From the IMG/VR virus record IMGVR_UViG_3300028920_000023: a stretch of 64,000 nt of DNA, one strand, 5' to 3'. A program made the translations under genes and the position numbers. This DNA is from a virus. Taxonomy: Duplodnaviria > Caudoviricetes. The stretch's first letter is position 1. Every line of letters starts with the position of its first letter. Shown piece after piece: positions 1 through 10,197 of this stretch. The notes beneath the pieces were generated by a model. That model worked only from the letters and a program-made list of their open reading frames with translations, had not been told where the DNA came from and did not search any database.

Positions 1-341
1 CTCCTATACATCGTTGTATCGTGTCAGCGGAAAAACGCTACCTTTTGGGAGATACTTGACAGACTAGAAAGAAAGGATAGAATGACCGAATACTACCGCC
101 CTAGGCTTCAGGCTGACGCGACCCTCCCTGTTGGCCTGAAGCCACAATCACTCAGTATCCTCATCCGGTCTAGCAAAATCCACAAAATGAGTAGTCTTAA
201 CCTCAGGTACAGGATAATGCATCCTAGATTGGCAATTATAACAAACATCTTCAACCGTCGCAGGAGGTTCCTTACCAAAAGGAGGATTACCATCACTCCT
301 ATGGCGTCTGCTACGCCAACCACAAATCGTGCATTGCAGGA

Positions 342-647
342 TTATATCCCATTGTCCCACGGCTTCTTCCCCCGCCTTACGAGTATCTCCTTAAGCGCCG
401 CAATAAGGTCGGACTCGGGATCCGGATCTGGCCATTGGATACCAATATATACCAGTGCGTAACATGTCTCCGTATGTCGCAGATGATATCTATCGAGTAT
501 CGCCACCAATTTAGTCATATGATACGGCTTGGCCACCAGATAAAATTCATTACAAAGACATACAAGAGAAATGGTTTTTGTGAACACGATCCTCTGACCA
601 TCCGATACAGGCAAATTAAGCTGTTTAGAAATCTGTTCAAGAACCAT
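342..647 (-). CDS. hypothetical protein
   Basis: 101-aa ORF co-oriented and closely packed with neighbours; no recognisable motif. Confidence 0.45.
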   Translation of the reverse strand: MVLEQISKQLNLPVSDGQRIVFTKTISLVCLCNEFYLVAKPYHMTKLVAILDRYHLRHTETCYALVYIGIQWPDPDPESDLIAALKEILVRRGKKPWDNGI

Positions 648-654
648 TTCGAAG

Positions 655-1059
655 TTATTCTGTCTTCAAATATTTGCTCCCATCCTTGATAATGCGATTC
701 TGAGCAATAAGCGTATACAACGTAGAAGACAAGCTGCTCATCCTAACACTCCGCTTGTTTCTAATATGCCTATAAATACCCCAAGCATTAATCGGGCCAC
801 ATTCCTCGATGGCTTTACAAGCCAAACTGGCTACAGAATTAGGATCCTTCTTTCTGCCCCTAAAAAGCCTGGGAGAATCGGTCATTTCTGGTTCTACCTG
901 TTCTCCCTCCTCTTTTTCTGCCTTCTCTTCAAGCTCAGCAATGAGCTTCTTGGAAGCAGACAAATGAGAGATCGCGGCAGTGATGACATCCACAGACCGA
1001 ACATGACGTGATCTCTCTTCGCGGAGACCATCGATCAAAACACCTAGCTCTTTGCACAT
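655..1059 (-). CDS. hypothetical protein, coiled coil plus possible C-terminal winged helix
   Basis: 134-aa ORF; basic helical C-terminus (WGIYRHIRNKRSVRMSSLSSTLYTL). Confidence 0.55.
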   Translation of the reverse strand: MCKELGVLIDGLREERSRHVRSVDVITAAISHLSASKKLIAELEEKAEKEEGEQVEPEMTDSPRLFRGRKKDPNSVASLACKAIEECGPINAWGIYRHIRNKRSVRMSSLSSTLYTLIAQNRIIKDGSKYLKTE

Positions 1060-1316
1060 CGTTCTTCTCCCGATATGAAACTAAACAATACCTCACCAGT
1101 AGGAACATACAGCAGCTCCACAAGCACGCCTTCGGGGAAGTCCAATTTCGACATACCAACCAACGCCTCAGCGTTCTTCTCGAACGTGGCTACAAGAACG
1201 CTCATGACCCCCTTCTCGGTAGAACCAGTCAATACCAAGAAGTAATCATGTTCAGACATCCCAGGCAAAAGCATTTCGATACCATAATATCTGGATAAAA
1301 AGAAAATAATTATCAA
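1044..1316 (-). CDS. hypothetical protein
   Basis: 90-aa ORF overlapping both neighbours in operon fashion. Confidence 0.45.
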   Translation of the reverse strand: MIIIFFLSRYYGIEMLLPGMSEHDYFLVLTGSTEKGVMSVLVATFEKNAEALVGMSKLDFPEGVLVELLYVPTGEVLFSFISGEERCAKS

Positions 1317-1558
1317 TCAGAAATCATACCAGACTCACGAGCAAGATCCAAAACCTCCTTCTTGGAGCACTCATGAAGCTCACGCCCAGATCTCTTGCGA
1401 AGATCAGTGAACTTCATAGCAGCATCTTGCATCTGTTCATGAGTCTCCTTGGTACCACCAAACAATACAAAATCAGAAGATTTAGTAATCCTCTTATGGC
1501 CATCACTTTCGGTGATTCCGACAATAACCATTTTACTCATAGCGTCCTCCTCTGTCAT
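1313..1558 (-). CDS. small conserved hypothetical protein
   Basis: DGHKRIT-x4-F-x2-FGGTKETHEQMQ resembles a small uncharacterised bacterial family (from memory, not searched); GAGG-type RBS. Confidence 0.6.
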   Translation of the reverse strand: MTEEDAMSKMVIVGITESDGHKRITKSSDFVLFGGTKETHEQMQDAAMKFTDLRKRSGRELHECSKKEVLDLARESGMISD

Positions 1559-1681
1559 GTTTTATCACATAACGATACAGGGGAAACTGGGCAGGGATCG
1601 GAACGGTCTAAAGGCCGTAACTCATGATCCCTGCCCCTTCCTACAGCAATTTCAAAATATCATAAGCAACCCAAATAGAAA

Positions 1682-4495
1682 TTAACTCACAATCTCCATC
1701 TGCCTCAAAGAATACTCATTATAAGATTGCAGCTGATCCCTAACCTCCATAGAACGAATAACAGCCCCAGGGAACATCCTCAAACCCATCTTGCCAGACA
1801 AAGTCTGAATATTAATCGGGAAATAAGGAGTATTCACAGCAACAGGAGAAGTCTGATCAGCAGAAAGCAAAGTATCCGGAGATACTAGCAACCCATTAAA
1901 CCAAATCCAAACCTGATTATCCCTCACCAAAACAGTAACATCATTCCACTTCTCAACCTCACCATTAATCGGAGCAGGAAGCTCACCACCAAAATAACAA
2001 CGAAAAGCCTCAGGACTAGAAGAAACACCAGAACCAACACCATCAACAATAAAACCATTCTGAGAAAACACCTGACTCACAGCACTACCAGGCTGAAAAC
2101 CACGCACCAAATCATCCTCAGAATCCTCATCATTCAAATCATACCGAGTATTCATATCCAAAATACCAACCTGAACCTTCAACTGTACCTGCTCAGAACC
2201 ACTAGACGTATTCTGAGTAAACTGGAAACGCACCGCAGGACACGTAAAATCCTTACGCAACAACTCAACAACAGTTGTATTCGTAGGAACCTCAACAGCC
2301 TCAAGATCAGTAATACCAGTCACGTCAGTGCCACCAGTAGCATCATATGTCGGACAACAAGTACCACCAGTCTGATCCTGGCTAGAATGATCAACAGTAC
2401 AATCAGTCGGACGAACAATCTCATAATCCTCATCAAACGGAAAAACATCATCCCCACCATTAATAAGAACAGCACAATCATCATCCCAATTAGAAAAAGC
2501 CAACTTAAAATCATACTTCCACAGAATATTACGAAAAGCACCCGTCAAAATACGCAAAGTACCACGAGGAGGAAGCTGATTCCAGATCCGCCCCTTCACA
2601 ACCACATACGGAGCACCCGCAAACGGACCAGTCGTATACACACCACGCTGCAAGACCTTCAGATAAGTATCATTGAAACTATCCACCGGAGCATTCAGAA
2701 GAAGATCATATGGAGGATAAGTAAATTCTGTCTCACGAGGTTGACCAATCTTCAAACGAACCAAAGCATTCTTGTGATTCTGACGATGCCACAAGAAAAC
2801 CGGACGATCAGCAACATTCTCAGCAACAAGATCAAACTGCTGACCAAGAATAGACATATCGCGAATATCGACACGACCATCCTTATTAAAATCAGCCGCA
2901 GGATTATAATTACTATCTAAAATCGTAGAACCATAAGCACACAAGAAAATCTTCAAATCCTCATTATCAACAACACCATCACCATTCAAATCCCCAGCCA
3001 AAGAAGGCTCCTGCCTAATAATCCTCAAACCAGGTATACTAGGATCAGAATCGGCAACAATATCATTATTGATAGGTTCACCAGAAGGTTCCCGCCGAAT
3101 AACACCATCAACATCCTGGACCTCACCACCATCGTCCGACAACAATAATCTATCTTCAAAATTAGTTAGGCCCCACTCACCCTCCCTCTCAACCAAACGG
3201 AAATCTGGAACATCAACTTCTGCAGCACTAAGATTTCCCTCGGTATCCGAATTAATCTCATCCCTAGCTTCATATAAATCACCAAACTGAACCATACCAG
3301 ACAGAGCCCAGAGAGACTCAGGATTAAGTTGAGGTTCCTTACTAAAATAAGTCCTGACCGTTCTCTGGTTAGCATCCCTAGTTATCTCAAACTGCCAAAT
3401 ATCAACCAAAGTTCCCAAAGGAAGTATAGAAACAGTAGAATCCAAAACCAAAGTCTTGGGGTTGGCAAGATCCGTCGTAGCATTCTCAGGATTCAAATAC
3501 CTCCAAACATTCGTAGCACTAAACTCATTGCCAACCGGAACAGCATCCTGCACATCCCACAATTTCAACTTATACTGATTATTACTTAACACATTCGGAT
3601 CGACATCCACCACAACCGCCATCTGCTTAGTAATAAGATGGCCATTAGCCAAAATAGAACCAAGCAAACCAGGCTCAGTCTCCGGATGGAACTCATACTT
3701 CAACTGAGCACCGTTCTTATCCTGACCAACAAACCAAACGCACTCAGCCACCCCGGCAGTGCCGGGAGTAAAGGACCAACCAGTCTGGGAAGTAAGATTC
3801 TGATTTCTCTTAAGAACTACCTCAAAACTATTCTCATATGGTGTAACCCTGTTATCGTACCTCTTGAATATTAAAGAAGGAACTATACCCTTCTGATTGA
3901 AGAAATCATCCGGATTAGTTGGATCGAAGATCGTGCTCTCGGGGTATGTGTAGATCTTTAATTCACCATAAGCGCTTACATCTGGCATGATGCCGTTGCA
4001 GCTTGGTGGTCGTACGGATCTAGTCTCGCTCTCATCTTGTATCCAGAATATTCGAGCGCAATCTTCACAATTACAGCTGAGGGGGAGAGGAGAATCGACT
4101 GTAAAGCGGACAGTATTTCCGACTCTTTCGAGACTTATAAATTCGCTACCAGCTGCTAGGATAATATCCCCTACCAGATAACCTCCGTCATCCGCCATTC
4201 CTGCGCCTTGATAGCCAAGTACACCAACCCTGGTCTGGATGGCGGCATCTAATTTGCATTTGTCATCTGCGCTCATCAGCCCAGGTGAGTCACATGTGGC
4301 GTCCGGCACTGGGTCTTCGGATATGTGGGTCGAGCCATGCATGCTGGGTATTGCTACTTGGCTTTCTCTCTGATATAGTGTGTTTGTCTGCTCGTCATAT
4401 TGGAATCCGATGAGCTGCCCGTCTGCTACTGGCACCTGGAAGTATTGGCGGTCTACCAGACTCGAGGGTTCCGGGAGTATTCTGCAGGCTACCAT
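1682..4495 (-). CDS. large putative virion protein with dockerin-like EF-hand pair
   Basis: 937 aa, acidic and beta-rich; GDLNGDGVVDNEDL...ADFNKDGRVDIRDM is a type-I dockerin-like duplicated Ca-binding motif at about 2835-2997; AGGAGA RBS. Confidence 0.75.
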   Translation of the reverse strand: MVACRILPEPSSLVDRQYFQVPVADGQLIGFQYDEQTNTLYQRESQVAIPSMHGSTHISEDPVPDATCDSPGLMSADDKCKLDAAIQTRVGVLGYQGAGMADDGGYLVGDIILAAGSEFISLERVGNTVRFTVDSPLPLSCNCEDCARIFWIQDESETRSVRPPSCNGIMPDVSAYGELKIYTYPESTIFDPTNPDDFFNQKGIVPSLIFKRYDNRVTPYENSFEVVLKRNQNLTSQTGWSFTPGTAGVAECVWFVGQDKNGAQLKYEFHPETEPGLLGSILANGHLITKQMAVVVDVDPNVLSNNQYKLKLWDVQDAVPVGNEFSATNVWRYLNPENATTDLANPKTLVLDSTVSILPLGTLVDIWQFEITRDANQRTVRTYFSKEPQLNPESLWALSGMVQFGDLYEARDEINSDTEGNLSAAEVDVPDFRLVEREGEWGLTNFEDRLLLSDDGGEVQDVDGVIRREPSGEPINNDIVADSDPSIPGLRIIRQEPSLAGDLNGDGVVDNEDLKIFLCAYGSTILDSNYNPAADFNKDGRVDIRDMSILGQQFDLVAENVADRPVFLWHRQNHKNALVRLKIGQPRETEFTYPPYDLLLNAPVDSFNDTYLKVLQRGVYTTGPFAGAPYVVVKGRIWNQLPPRGTLRILTGAFRNILWKYDFKLAFSNWDDDCAVLINGGDDVFPFDEDYEIVRPTDCTVDHSSQDQTGGTCCPTYDATGGTDVTGITDLEAVEVPTNTTVVELLRKDFTCPAVRFQFTQNTSSGSEQVQLKVQVGILDMNTRYDLNDEDSEDDLVRGFQPGSAVSQVFSQNGFIVDGVGSGVSSSPEAFRCYFGGELPAPINGEVEKWNDVTVLVRDNQVWIWFNGLLVSPDTLLSADQTSPVAVNTPYFPINIQTLSGKMGLRMFPGAVIRSMEVRDQLQSYNEYSLRQMEIVS

Positions 4496-4616
4496 TTTAG
4501 TCTCCTATTTTGATTTTACTTATGTTTGAGGTTTCTAAGCCCTAATGTTTTTCTGATGGCTTCTACGGTAATCGAATGTCGATATCGGGATTTCACCACG
4601 ATGTGCACAAATATAA

Positions 4617-4820
4617 TTGCGGAGGATAATAATGGTTAATTTTCAAACAAGTCATTATTGCGTGAAATGTAAAATAGTGACTAAACACAATAGAACGCCT
4701 GAACACCAAGGGAGGATTAGTTTCGAGTGTACCAAATGTGGTAGAAAAAGAACATCTACTACCAGTCAACCTATCTTAAGAAAGAGACAATATTCAGAGA
4801 TATTTGAAAAATCGCAATAG
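4617..4820 (+). CDS. small zinc-ribbon protein
   Basis: CVKC...CTKC motif pair; likely ATG at 4632 after GGAGGA. Confidence 0.5.
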   Translation: MRRIIMVNFQTSHYCVKCKIVTKHNRTPEHQGRISFECTKCGRKRTSTTSQPILRKRQYSEIFEKSQ

Positions 4821-5083
4821 AAGAAGAACCGAAGTACAAAACATGGCCAAGGCCAAAACAAAAAGGCTATAGACATACAAGCAACCACCAGTTTCAGAAG
4901 GCAGGAACACCCGGCCATACCTCTCATGCAGATACAGATGCACAATCGATAGAGTGACGGTCAAAATAACAAAAATTATCGACAAATTATCAAAGAAACG
5001 CATACTTACCACCAAAGTTAGACCCAAACTAACTTTGAATAATACAACCATATGGTACCACATCACAAGAGCAGAGAAAAGAC

Positions 5084-5395
5084 ATGGCCAAACGATCATT
5101 CAGATGCCCTATAGGTCTAGTGAACGCAATAAAGGAGACCTGCCAAAGCAATGTCGAAATAATGTCGGCATTGTGTAGAGATGATCTACAATCATTAGCT
5201 AGCGAACTTTGGGAAATAGGGATACGTCCAGGACCTGGTCCAGACGAACGAAAGAAATATAAACTAATATTAAACGACGAAGATGAGAACGAAATAAAAG
5301 AAGTGGCAAAGAAATTAGGTGTACCAGCAGATTTCCTAATTATCACATTACTCAAAAGAAATCTACAGCCTCATAAGAAGAACCCGTTCCGGTAA
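5084..5395 (+). CDS. putative ribbon-helix-helix DNA-binding protein
   Basis: YKLILNDEDENEIKEVAKKLGVPADFLIITLL is CopG/RHH-like. Confidence 0.45.
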   Translation: MAKRSFRCPIGLVNAIKETCQSNVEIMSALCRDDLQSLASELWEIGIRPGPGPDERKKYKLILNDEDENEIKEVAKKLGVPADFLIITLLKRNLQPHKKNPFR

Positions 5396-5409
5396 TACGG
5401 AACGGGTTC
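5380..5409. terminator. 12-bp hairpin between convergent genes (possible bidirectional terminator)
   Basis: gaacccgttccg-gtaata-cggaacgggttc; U-tract is weak. Confidence 0.5.
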
Positions 5410-5414
5410 CAAAC

Positions 5415-6458
5415 TTATCCAACAGGTAGACCATCCAGGAACCCTTCTTGTTTACCATTTAAATCAAGAACACCACCCTTAACAATATCAGTGAACTGCT
5501 CTTCAAACACAAAATACAACCTAATCATCGAAGAAGGCTCTTCCTTCCAATTAGACAGGTCCTGATCATCTTCTTTGAGTTCCTGCCTAATTTTAGCACC
5601 AGCACCAACCGCAACATAAACAGACCTCTTTAACGACCTCTCGTGTGTACGATGTGCATAGACCCATGCCTTAGACATTTCTGCGTCCTCTGAGTCATAA
5701 GAGAGAGGAACAGCACCATAAGGGCTTGTCTTCTCTTGTATGGGGGTATTAGCACTCATGGAACTAGGAGAAGATGTAGAGGGAATCGCTGAATTATATG
5801 GAATCGAACCCCCAAAAGAAGCAACCGTAGACCTCAGAAAATAATGAGGAGGAACAACCTTTTCCTTAGTTTTATAGAAAACAAAACCAAAAGCAGGAAC
5901 AGTATTCTCCTCGCCAATCACCAAAGAAGCAATATCCCTGGACTCATCTTCACTAAAGAAAAACTGCCTCACAGAACCATCAGGCTGTCTAAAACCATCC
6001 CACCATAACGTATTCGGAGAACACACATAATTCTGAGGAGGCCACTTATACTCACACTCCGGACAAAAACGATCACCTTTGAAATCACAACCATGTTTAG
6101 GACACTTCTCATCATACTTATGCAACCCTATACCATCAATCTTCAAACCAGTAATAGGATTCATCCCCTTAACACTAGCCATAATAGCAGTGTTATAACT
6201 ATCGTTCATTGTCCAATCGAACCACAAAGCCCAATTCGGCCTAACTGGACACACGAAACTTCCAGGCTCGCGAACCCAAGACTCGGGAGCCCCAGGTAAT
6301 GAGTCCAGAGGAAAAACAGAAATCGTTTGGCCAGCAGGCAAACCATGTACGTGACCGTTATCCTCTAGCTTCTCAGCACGACGCAGGACAGCCTCGAATC
6401 CCTTATGAGACATGACCTTAACACTGGCTCCGCGAATAACATCTGACATAGAATCCAT
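5415..6458 (-). CDS. conserved uncharacterised protein with inserted Zn ribbon
   Basis: FPL..PESW...SFVCPV...ALWFDW, NPITG and QNYV..P..WWDGF...VRQF motifs recall an uncharacterised family seen in bacteria, fungi and giant viruses (from memory); CPKH..C/CPEC insert. Confidence 0.7.
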   Translation of the reverse strand: MDSMSDVIRGASVKVMSHKGFEAVLRRAEKLEDNGHVHGLPAGQTISVFPLDSLPGAPESWVREPGSFVCPVRPNWALWFDWTMNDSYNTAIMASVKGMNPITGLKIDGIGLHKYDEKCPKHGCDFKGDRFCPECEYKWPPQNYVCSPNTLWWDGFRQPDGSVRQFFFSEDESRDIASLVIGEENTVPAFGFVFYKTKEKVVPPHYFLRSTVASFGGSIPYNSAIPSTSSPSSMSANTPIQEKTSPYGAVPLSYDSEDAEMSKAWVYAHRTHERSLKRSVYVAVGAGAKIRQELKEDDQDLSNWKEEPSSMIRLYFVFEEQFTDIVKGGVLDLNGKQEGFLDGLPVG

Positions 6459-6487
6459 GACGAAATCTCCAATTCTAGAGTTGAAAA

Positions 6488-7375
6488 TTAGTAGCGCTTA
6501 TGTTGATTCAGCGGATCAAGTTTACCATTACGAGAAACAGATATACGCTTTCTCAACTTAGGCAACGTACCATCTTCCTGCATCTCGGAATAAATGCGAC
6601 TGAACGATGGCACTTTCTTCAACTCATCAATACCATGTTGACGCAACCTAACAATCAGAGTAGCAATATCCATAAGATTACCAGTAGAGACCATACCTCT
6701 TACCAGGGCTACATTGGCCGCAACCCTAACCTCATCAGAGATACCTTCCCAAGTATTATGACACTTATCACAATACCCATTAGTCAAGATCGTACCGGCA
6801 TGGAACGGACATTCCTCTACGTACGTCATAGGGAACTGATTCACTGTATAAACACGAACCTCTTCCCCATCAACAATACATACCGGGCTGGTCTCCCGAC
6901 GACGGGCAATACGCAAATGCTCCAACGTACGCTCAAGATCAATAGTCTCGTTATCTGATTTATAGATGACGAAAGGACGGCCATTAGAACGCTTCAATAA
7001 CTCATCTATGATCTCGGAACTTGATTCAGGACCGTATTTCTCTAATAATTCCTTATCACTCATCCTCCCTACAGGCTTAAGAGCTTCTAATAACGAGGAA
7101 TTATCTTCGAGAATAATATTCTCTTTCTTGACTCGCCCCTTAAGAACCTGCCAACCAGCCGAAAATCTAGCTGGTTTTACCTTAGTGCTCTTAAAAGCCT
7201 CCTTGGCGTCTGCTTCTCTTGTCGTATCTGCTTCTAGAAGAGAAATCGCATCCTCATCTTCCTTGTCTACACCAAGCTCAGACAAAGCTTGATATACAGC
7301 CTCTTCTGTGATTTTCATCACTTCAGCTGCTTTGCTTACTCTACATTCTAGGGGAGATACAGGAGGATTAGCCAT
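6488..7375 (-). CDS. hypothetical protein with a CxxH/CxxC finger
   Basis: 295 aa; TAAGGAG RBS; CPFH-x8-YCDKC. Confidence 0.75.
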   Translation of the reverse strand: MANPPVSPLECRVSKAAEVMKITEEAVYQALSELGVDKEDEDAISLLEADTTREADAKEAFKSTKVKPARFSAGWQVLKGRVKKENIILEDNSSLLEALKPVGRMSDKELLEKYGPESSSEIIDELLKRSNGRPFVIYKSDNETIDLERTLEHLRIARRRETSPVCIVDGEEVRVYTVNQFPMTYVEECPFHAGTILTNGYCDKCHNTWEGISDEVRVAANVALVRGMVSTGNLMDIATLIVRLRQHGIDELKKVPSFSRIYSEMQEDGTLPKLRKRISVSRNGKLDPLNQHKRY

Positions 7376-7482
7376 GGTTATGGCTCCTTATTCTGTGCAC
7401 CTTGATTTTCGGTGCTGTGTTGTCAGGTTACTTGGGCCACACTCGTGGTACCGTTCGCCAGACTTCATTCTTATTTACTTTT

Positions 7483-7621
7483 GAGGAAGGGGATTAGCGC
7501 ATGGACGTGTTGTTTATTCACAATTTGCGATTGTGCGCTCCACCATGGAGCATTTTACGCTTACGCGTAAACTAGGAATCGAACCTAGCAGACTGTAACG
7601 TCGTGCAGTTCCCCAATCCTC
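7483..7621 (-). ncRNA. Y-RNA-like RNA A with circularly permuted tRNA module
   Basis: Minus strand order: terminal stem; T arm CTAGG-TTCGATT-CCTAG; 7-bp TTTACGC-GTAA-GCGTAAA; AT; D arm GCTC-CATGGTG-GAGC; G; CACAA-TCGCAAA-TTGTG; return strand ACGTC-CA-TGCGC-TAA-TCCCC. Confidence 0.75.
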
Positions 7622-8651
7622 AAATAGCAAACTTACTAGCACGGTTCCAAGGAGCATCTTTAGCCCATTTAGCTTTCGTAAACATCGAAGCATAAACAAT
7701 AGACCTAGATTTCCTCAAAACCTGACCATTAAACTGATCATTCTCCAAAGACACAATATCATAACCATTCATTGTGTCCTCAACCTTATCGGAAAACGGG
7801 TCATCTAGCAGTTCCCGGACGATTTCACGAACACGCTTATCCTCTTCTGCCTCTGCCCGTTCAATCTCACGCTCAAGATCTTCCAATGATCCGAGACCGC
7901 GAGATTTCAGAGGAACACGCAAACGAGAAGTCGGGGTACGGCTATTCTTACGAGCAACCTCGATAGACAATGACCCATAACACTCACGAACTAAAGGCCT
8001 CCAAAGCTCTGACCAATATCTAGGATTAGGAGCACGCTCCACGCCAGTAACAGAACCATTGATCAGAATAATCGCCCCAATCTGTTTAGGAACTATCTCA
8101 AACTCCGCAACAAACTGATCCAACTCATCCCTAAATGCACTAAGAAAATTATCCAAATTACCAGTCGCACTAACCTCAAAAGAAGCATTAAAACGAGAAA
8201 TATCATCCCAAAGCTTATAATAAGAACGCTCACCCCGCTTGTTAAACGCAGACTCACGCAAAGAAAAAGGAAGAACCAACATATCATGCTGGCCCTCGGG
8301 GATATAGCCACCTTGCGATTGCTGTATACACATCGCATCATCAAAAGACTTATCGCCCTTACCAACCAAACCAGCCCTGCTCATAGCATGATCCTGGGCA
8401 GCATGTTTCGTAACATACCCAGCATGACACGGAATAAGCAGGACCTTCTCCGGATCAGGATTACGAAACTTCATCTCACCATAATTGTGAGTACTTAAGC
8501 TCGTCTCAACGTCCTTATCCTGAGGAGAAATAATATTCAGATCATACAACTCCTTATCTTTACAAATAAGAGGAATAATCTGCATAACACCAACAGACTG
8601 CAGATTGCCAACCTTCGTACCACGCAGAACCTCACTGATAGTATAATCCAT
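7620..8651 (-). CDS. ARPP-2-like protein (partner of the vWA protein)
   Basis: Real start is probably MDYTISE at 8651, directly after the vWA stop; Q-x-VGVMQIIPL, AAQDHAM and C(I)QQSQGG motifs match my recollection of ARPP-type domains; needs an HMM check. Confidence 0.6.
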   Translation of the reverse strand: MDYTISEVLRGTKVGNLQSVGVMQIIPLICKDKELYDLNIISPQDKDVETSLSTHNYGEMKFRNPDPEKVLLIPCHAGYVTKHAAQDHAMSRAGLVGKGDKSFDDAMCIQQSQGGYIPEGQHDMLVLPFSLRESAFNKRGERSYYKLWDDISRFNASFEVSATGNLDNFLSAFRDELDQFVAEFEIVPKQIGAIILINGSVTGVERAPNPRYWSELWRPLVRECYGSLSIEVARKNSRTPTSRLRVPLKSRGLGSLEDLEREIERAEAEEDKRVREIVRELLDDPFSDKVEDTMNGYDIVSLENDQFNGQVLRKSRSIVYASMFTKAKWAKDAPWNRASKFAI

Positions 8652-8652
8652 G

Positions 8653-10197
8653 CTAGATATCCTCCAACTGAGGCAAAGCGATCCTCGCCAGACCCTCGAT
8701 AGCCTCTTCCAAATTCGTAACAAGAAGAGACTTCAAAACCCGCATGCCAATCCCCTCAGGTTTAGACAACGGAACAGCCTCAACCTCCGGAGCCAAAGTC
8801 CTGAGCGCACCAGCCTTCTCCGCAGCCACCACAGGGGAGACCTGAACCACCGGAGTATTAATCCCCATCTCACGAACAATCTTCAGAACTTCAGAAAATC
8901 TACCCGCAGGAGCATTCTCGTAACCATCAGACAACACATAAACAATCTCAGGATCATACTTCAAAAGAGACACCAAAGCAGACGCCAAAGAGGTCGGACC
9001 ACAGGGAAAAACCAAACCGCCCCTAGGGGCACCACCACAATGGACCACATCAGCAGAAGAACTAGCCTCTTTTAACATATCCCTTACAGCCAAAGAAACA
9101 GCAATCGGACGATTCTTCTGAGTATCATCACCCATCATGGACCTAGAACAATCCACAATAATACCTATGTGACCATGTTTGGAGAACATCGCCTCAGCAG
9201 ATTTCTTTGCTTTCTGCTTTAATGCTGCACGGATCTCGTCTGTCATCCCCATCTCATAAGCGTAGATATAAAGCCTTACGGCATCCAGAGAATGAGGATT
9301 AAACTCGACTTTCACACCAACTTTCTTTGTAGCCTTCTGGACAAGGGCCTTCTGTCGTTTGGTCATCCCACTCTTTGCTAACTCATAAACCACATCCTTG
9401 CCGACGCTAGTATGGAACCTACTTCTTAAGTAAAAGAGTTGCTCTTTGGGCAATCCTTTCCCTTCGGCAAGGTTCTTCTTGGCTTTGATATACTTCTTCA
9501 TAGGATCGGATTTGATCCTGTTCTCAAATCCGAGTATGAAGGCCAGAGGCTCCGTGACGTCGGCGTCTGTATATGGCTCTACGTATTTGGACAGGGTTGT
9601 TTTTTGTTTTTCTGTCCATGCTTTCTTGACGCCTTTTCCGTGTTTCGCTTCCAGGCATTTATACACGGATTTAAAGACGTTCTGGCCCCAGGCATGTTGT
9701 AGGCATTGTCTTATTTTGTAGCGGTATTTGACGCTCCAGTGTTTGAGATTTTTGTTACCTAATAGGCAATTTAGAATGAGTTTCCTAGTTCTAGAATTGT
9801 TGATTCTGTTTTTTCTGAATTCCAGGAACGCTTTGATCATTCTCTGCGGTTCTACGGAACCTGCGAGATGTCTTATTAGTTTGCCTTCTTGCGCCGGAGT
9901 TAGGATTGCTTCCCCACTTCTTGGATTATCAAGGAAGAAACCCATTCCGAGCTGTTTCGAGTAGTCGTTTATCCCAGGCAAGCAGAGACACAGACCGTAA
10001 ATCCCACGGTCGATTGAGAAGATGTCTTTGTGCAGTTGTAATATTGCTTGTTTTTGTTCTTCTCTTGTATTGTAATGTGTTGCTCTGTCCGTTGCTGCAG
10101 CTACGGTATCAAGGAAACTACCCAGGAGCCCTGGCAGTTTTCGTTTCTGCGCTGTACTTAGATGGTCTATTTTGGATATCGCTAGTTCTGTGGTCAT
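8653..10197 (-). CDS. divergent TROVE/Ro60-like helical protein with C-terminal vWA domain
   Basis: MIDAS DCSRS plus VYVLSDGYEN in the C-terminal third; basic alpha-helical N-terminal region (GINDYSKQ, RINNSRTR); probable start MTTEL at 10197 (ORF open to 10281). The vWA call is firm; Ro60 kinship is inferred. Confidence 0.7.
   Translation of the reverse strand: MTTELAISKIDHLSTAQKRKLPGLLGSFLDTVAAATDRATHYNTREEQKQAILQLHKDIFSIDRGIYGLCLCLPGINDYSKQLGMGFFLDNPRSGEAILTPAQEGKLIRHLAGSVEPQRMIKAFLEFRKNRINNSRTRKLILNCLLGNKNLKHWSVKYRYKIRQCLQHAWGQNVFKSVYKCLEAKHGKGVKKAWTEKQKTTLSKYVEPYTDADVTEPLAFILGFENRIKSDPMKKYIKAKKNLAEGKGLPKEQLFYLRSRFHTSVGKDVVYELAKSGMTKRQKALVQKATKKVGVKVEFNPHSLDAVRLYIYAYEMGMTDEIRAALKQKAKKSAEAMFSKHGHIGIIVDCSRSMMGDDTQKNRPIAVSLAVRDMLKEASSSADVVHCGGAPRGGLVFPCGPTSLASALVSLLKYDPEIVYVLSDGYENAPAGRFSEVLKIVREMGINTPVVQVSPVVAAEKAGALRTLAPEVEAVPLSKPEGIGMRVLKSLLVTNLEEAIEGLARIALPQLEDI

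Noticed and set aside
2387-2920. Many plus-strand I/T/N/K-rich ORFs in A/C-rich blocks (also 6500-6958, 8650-9075, 25520-25921)
   Set aside because: T-poor strands lack stop codons; these overlap well-supported minus-strand genes.
7395-7415. GCACC...GGTGC hairpin resembling a tracrRNA 3' hairpin
   Set aside because: Only a 5-bp match, with no anti-repeat or Cas gene; likely chance.
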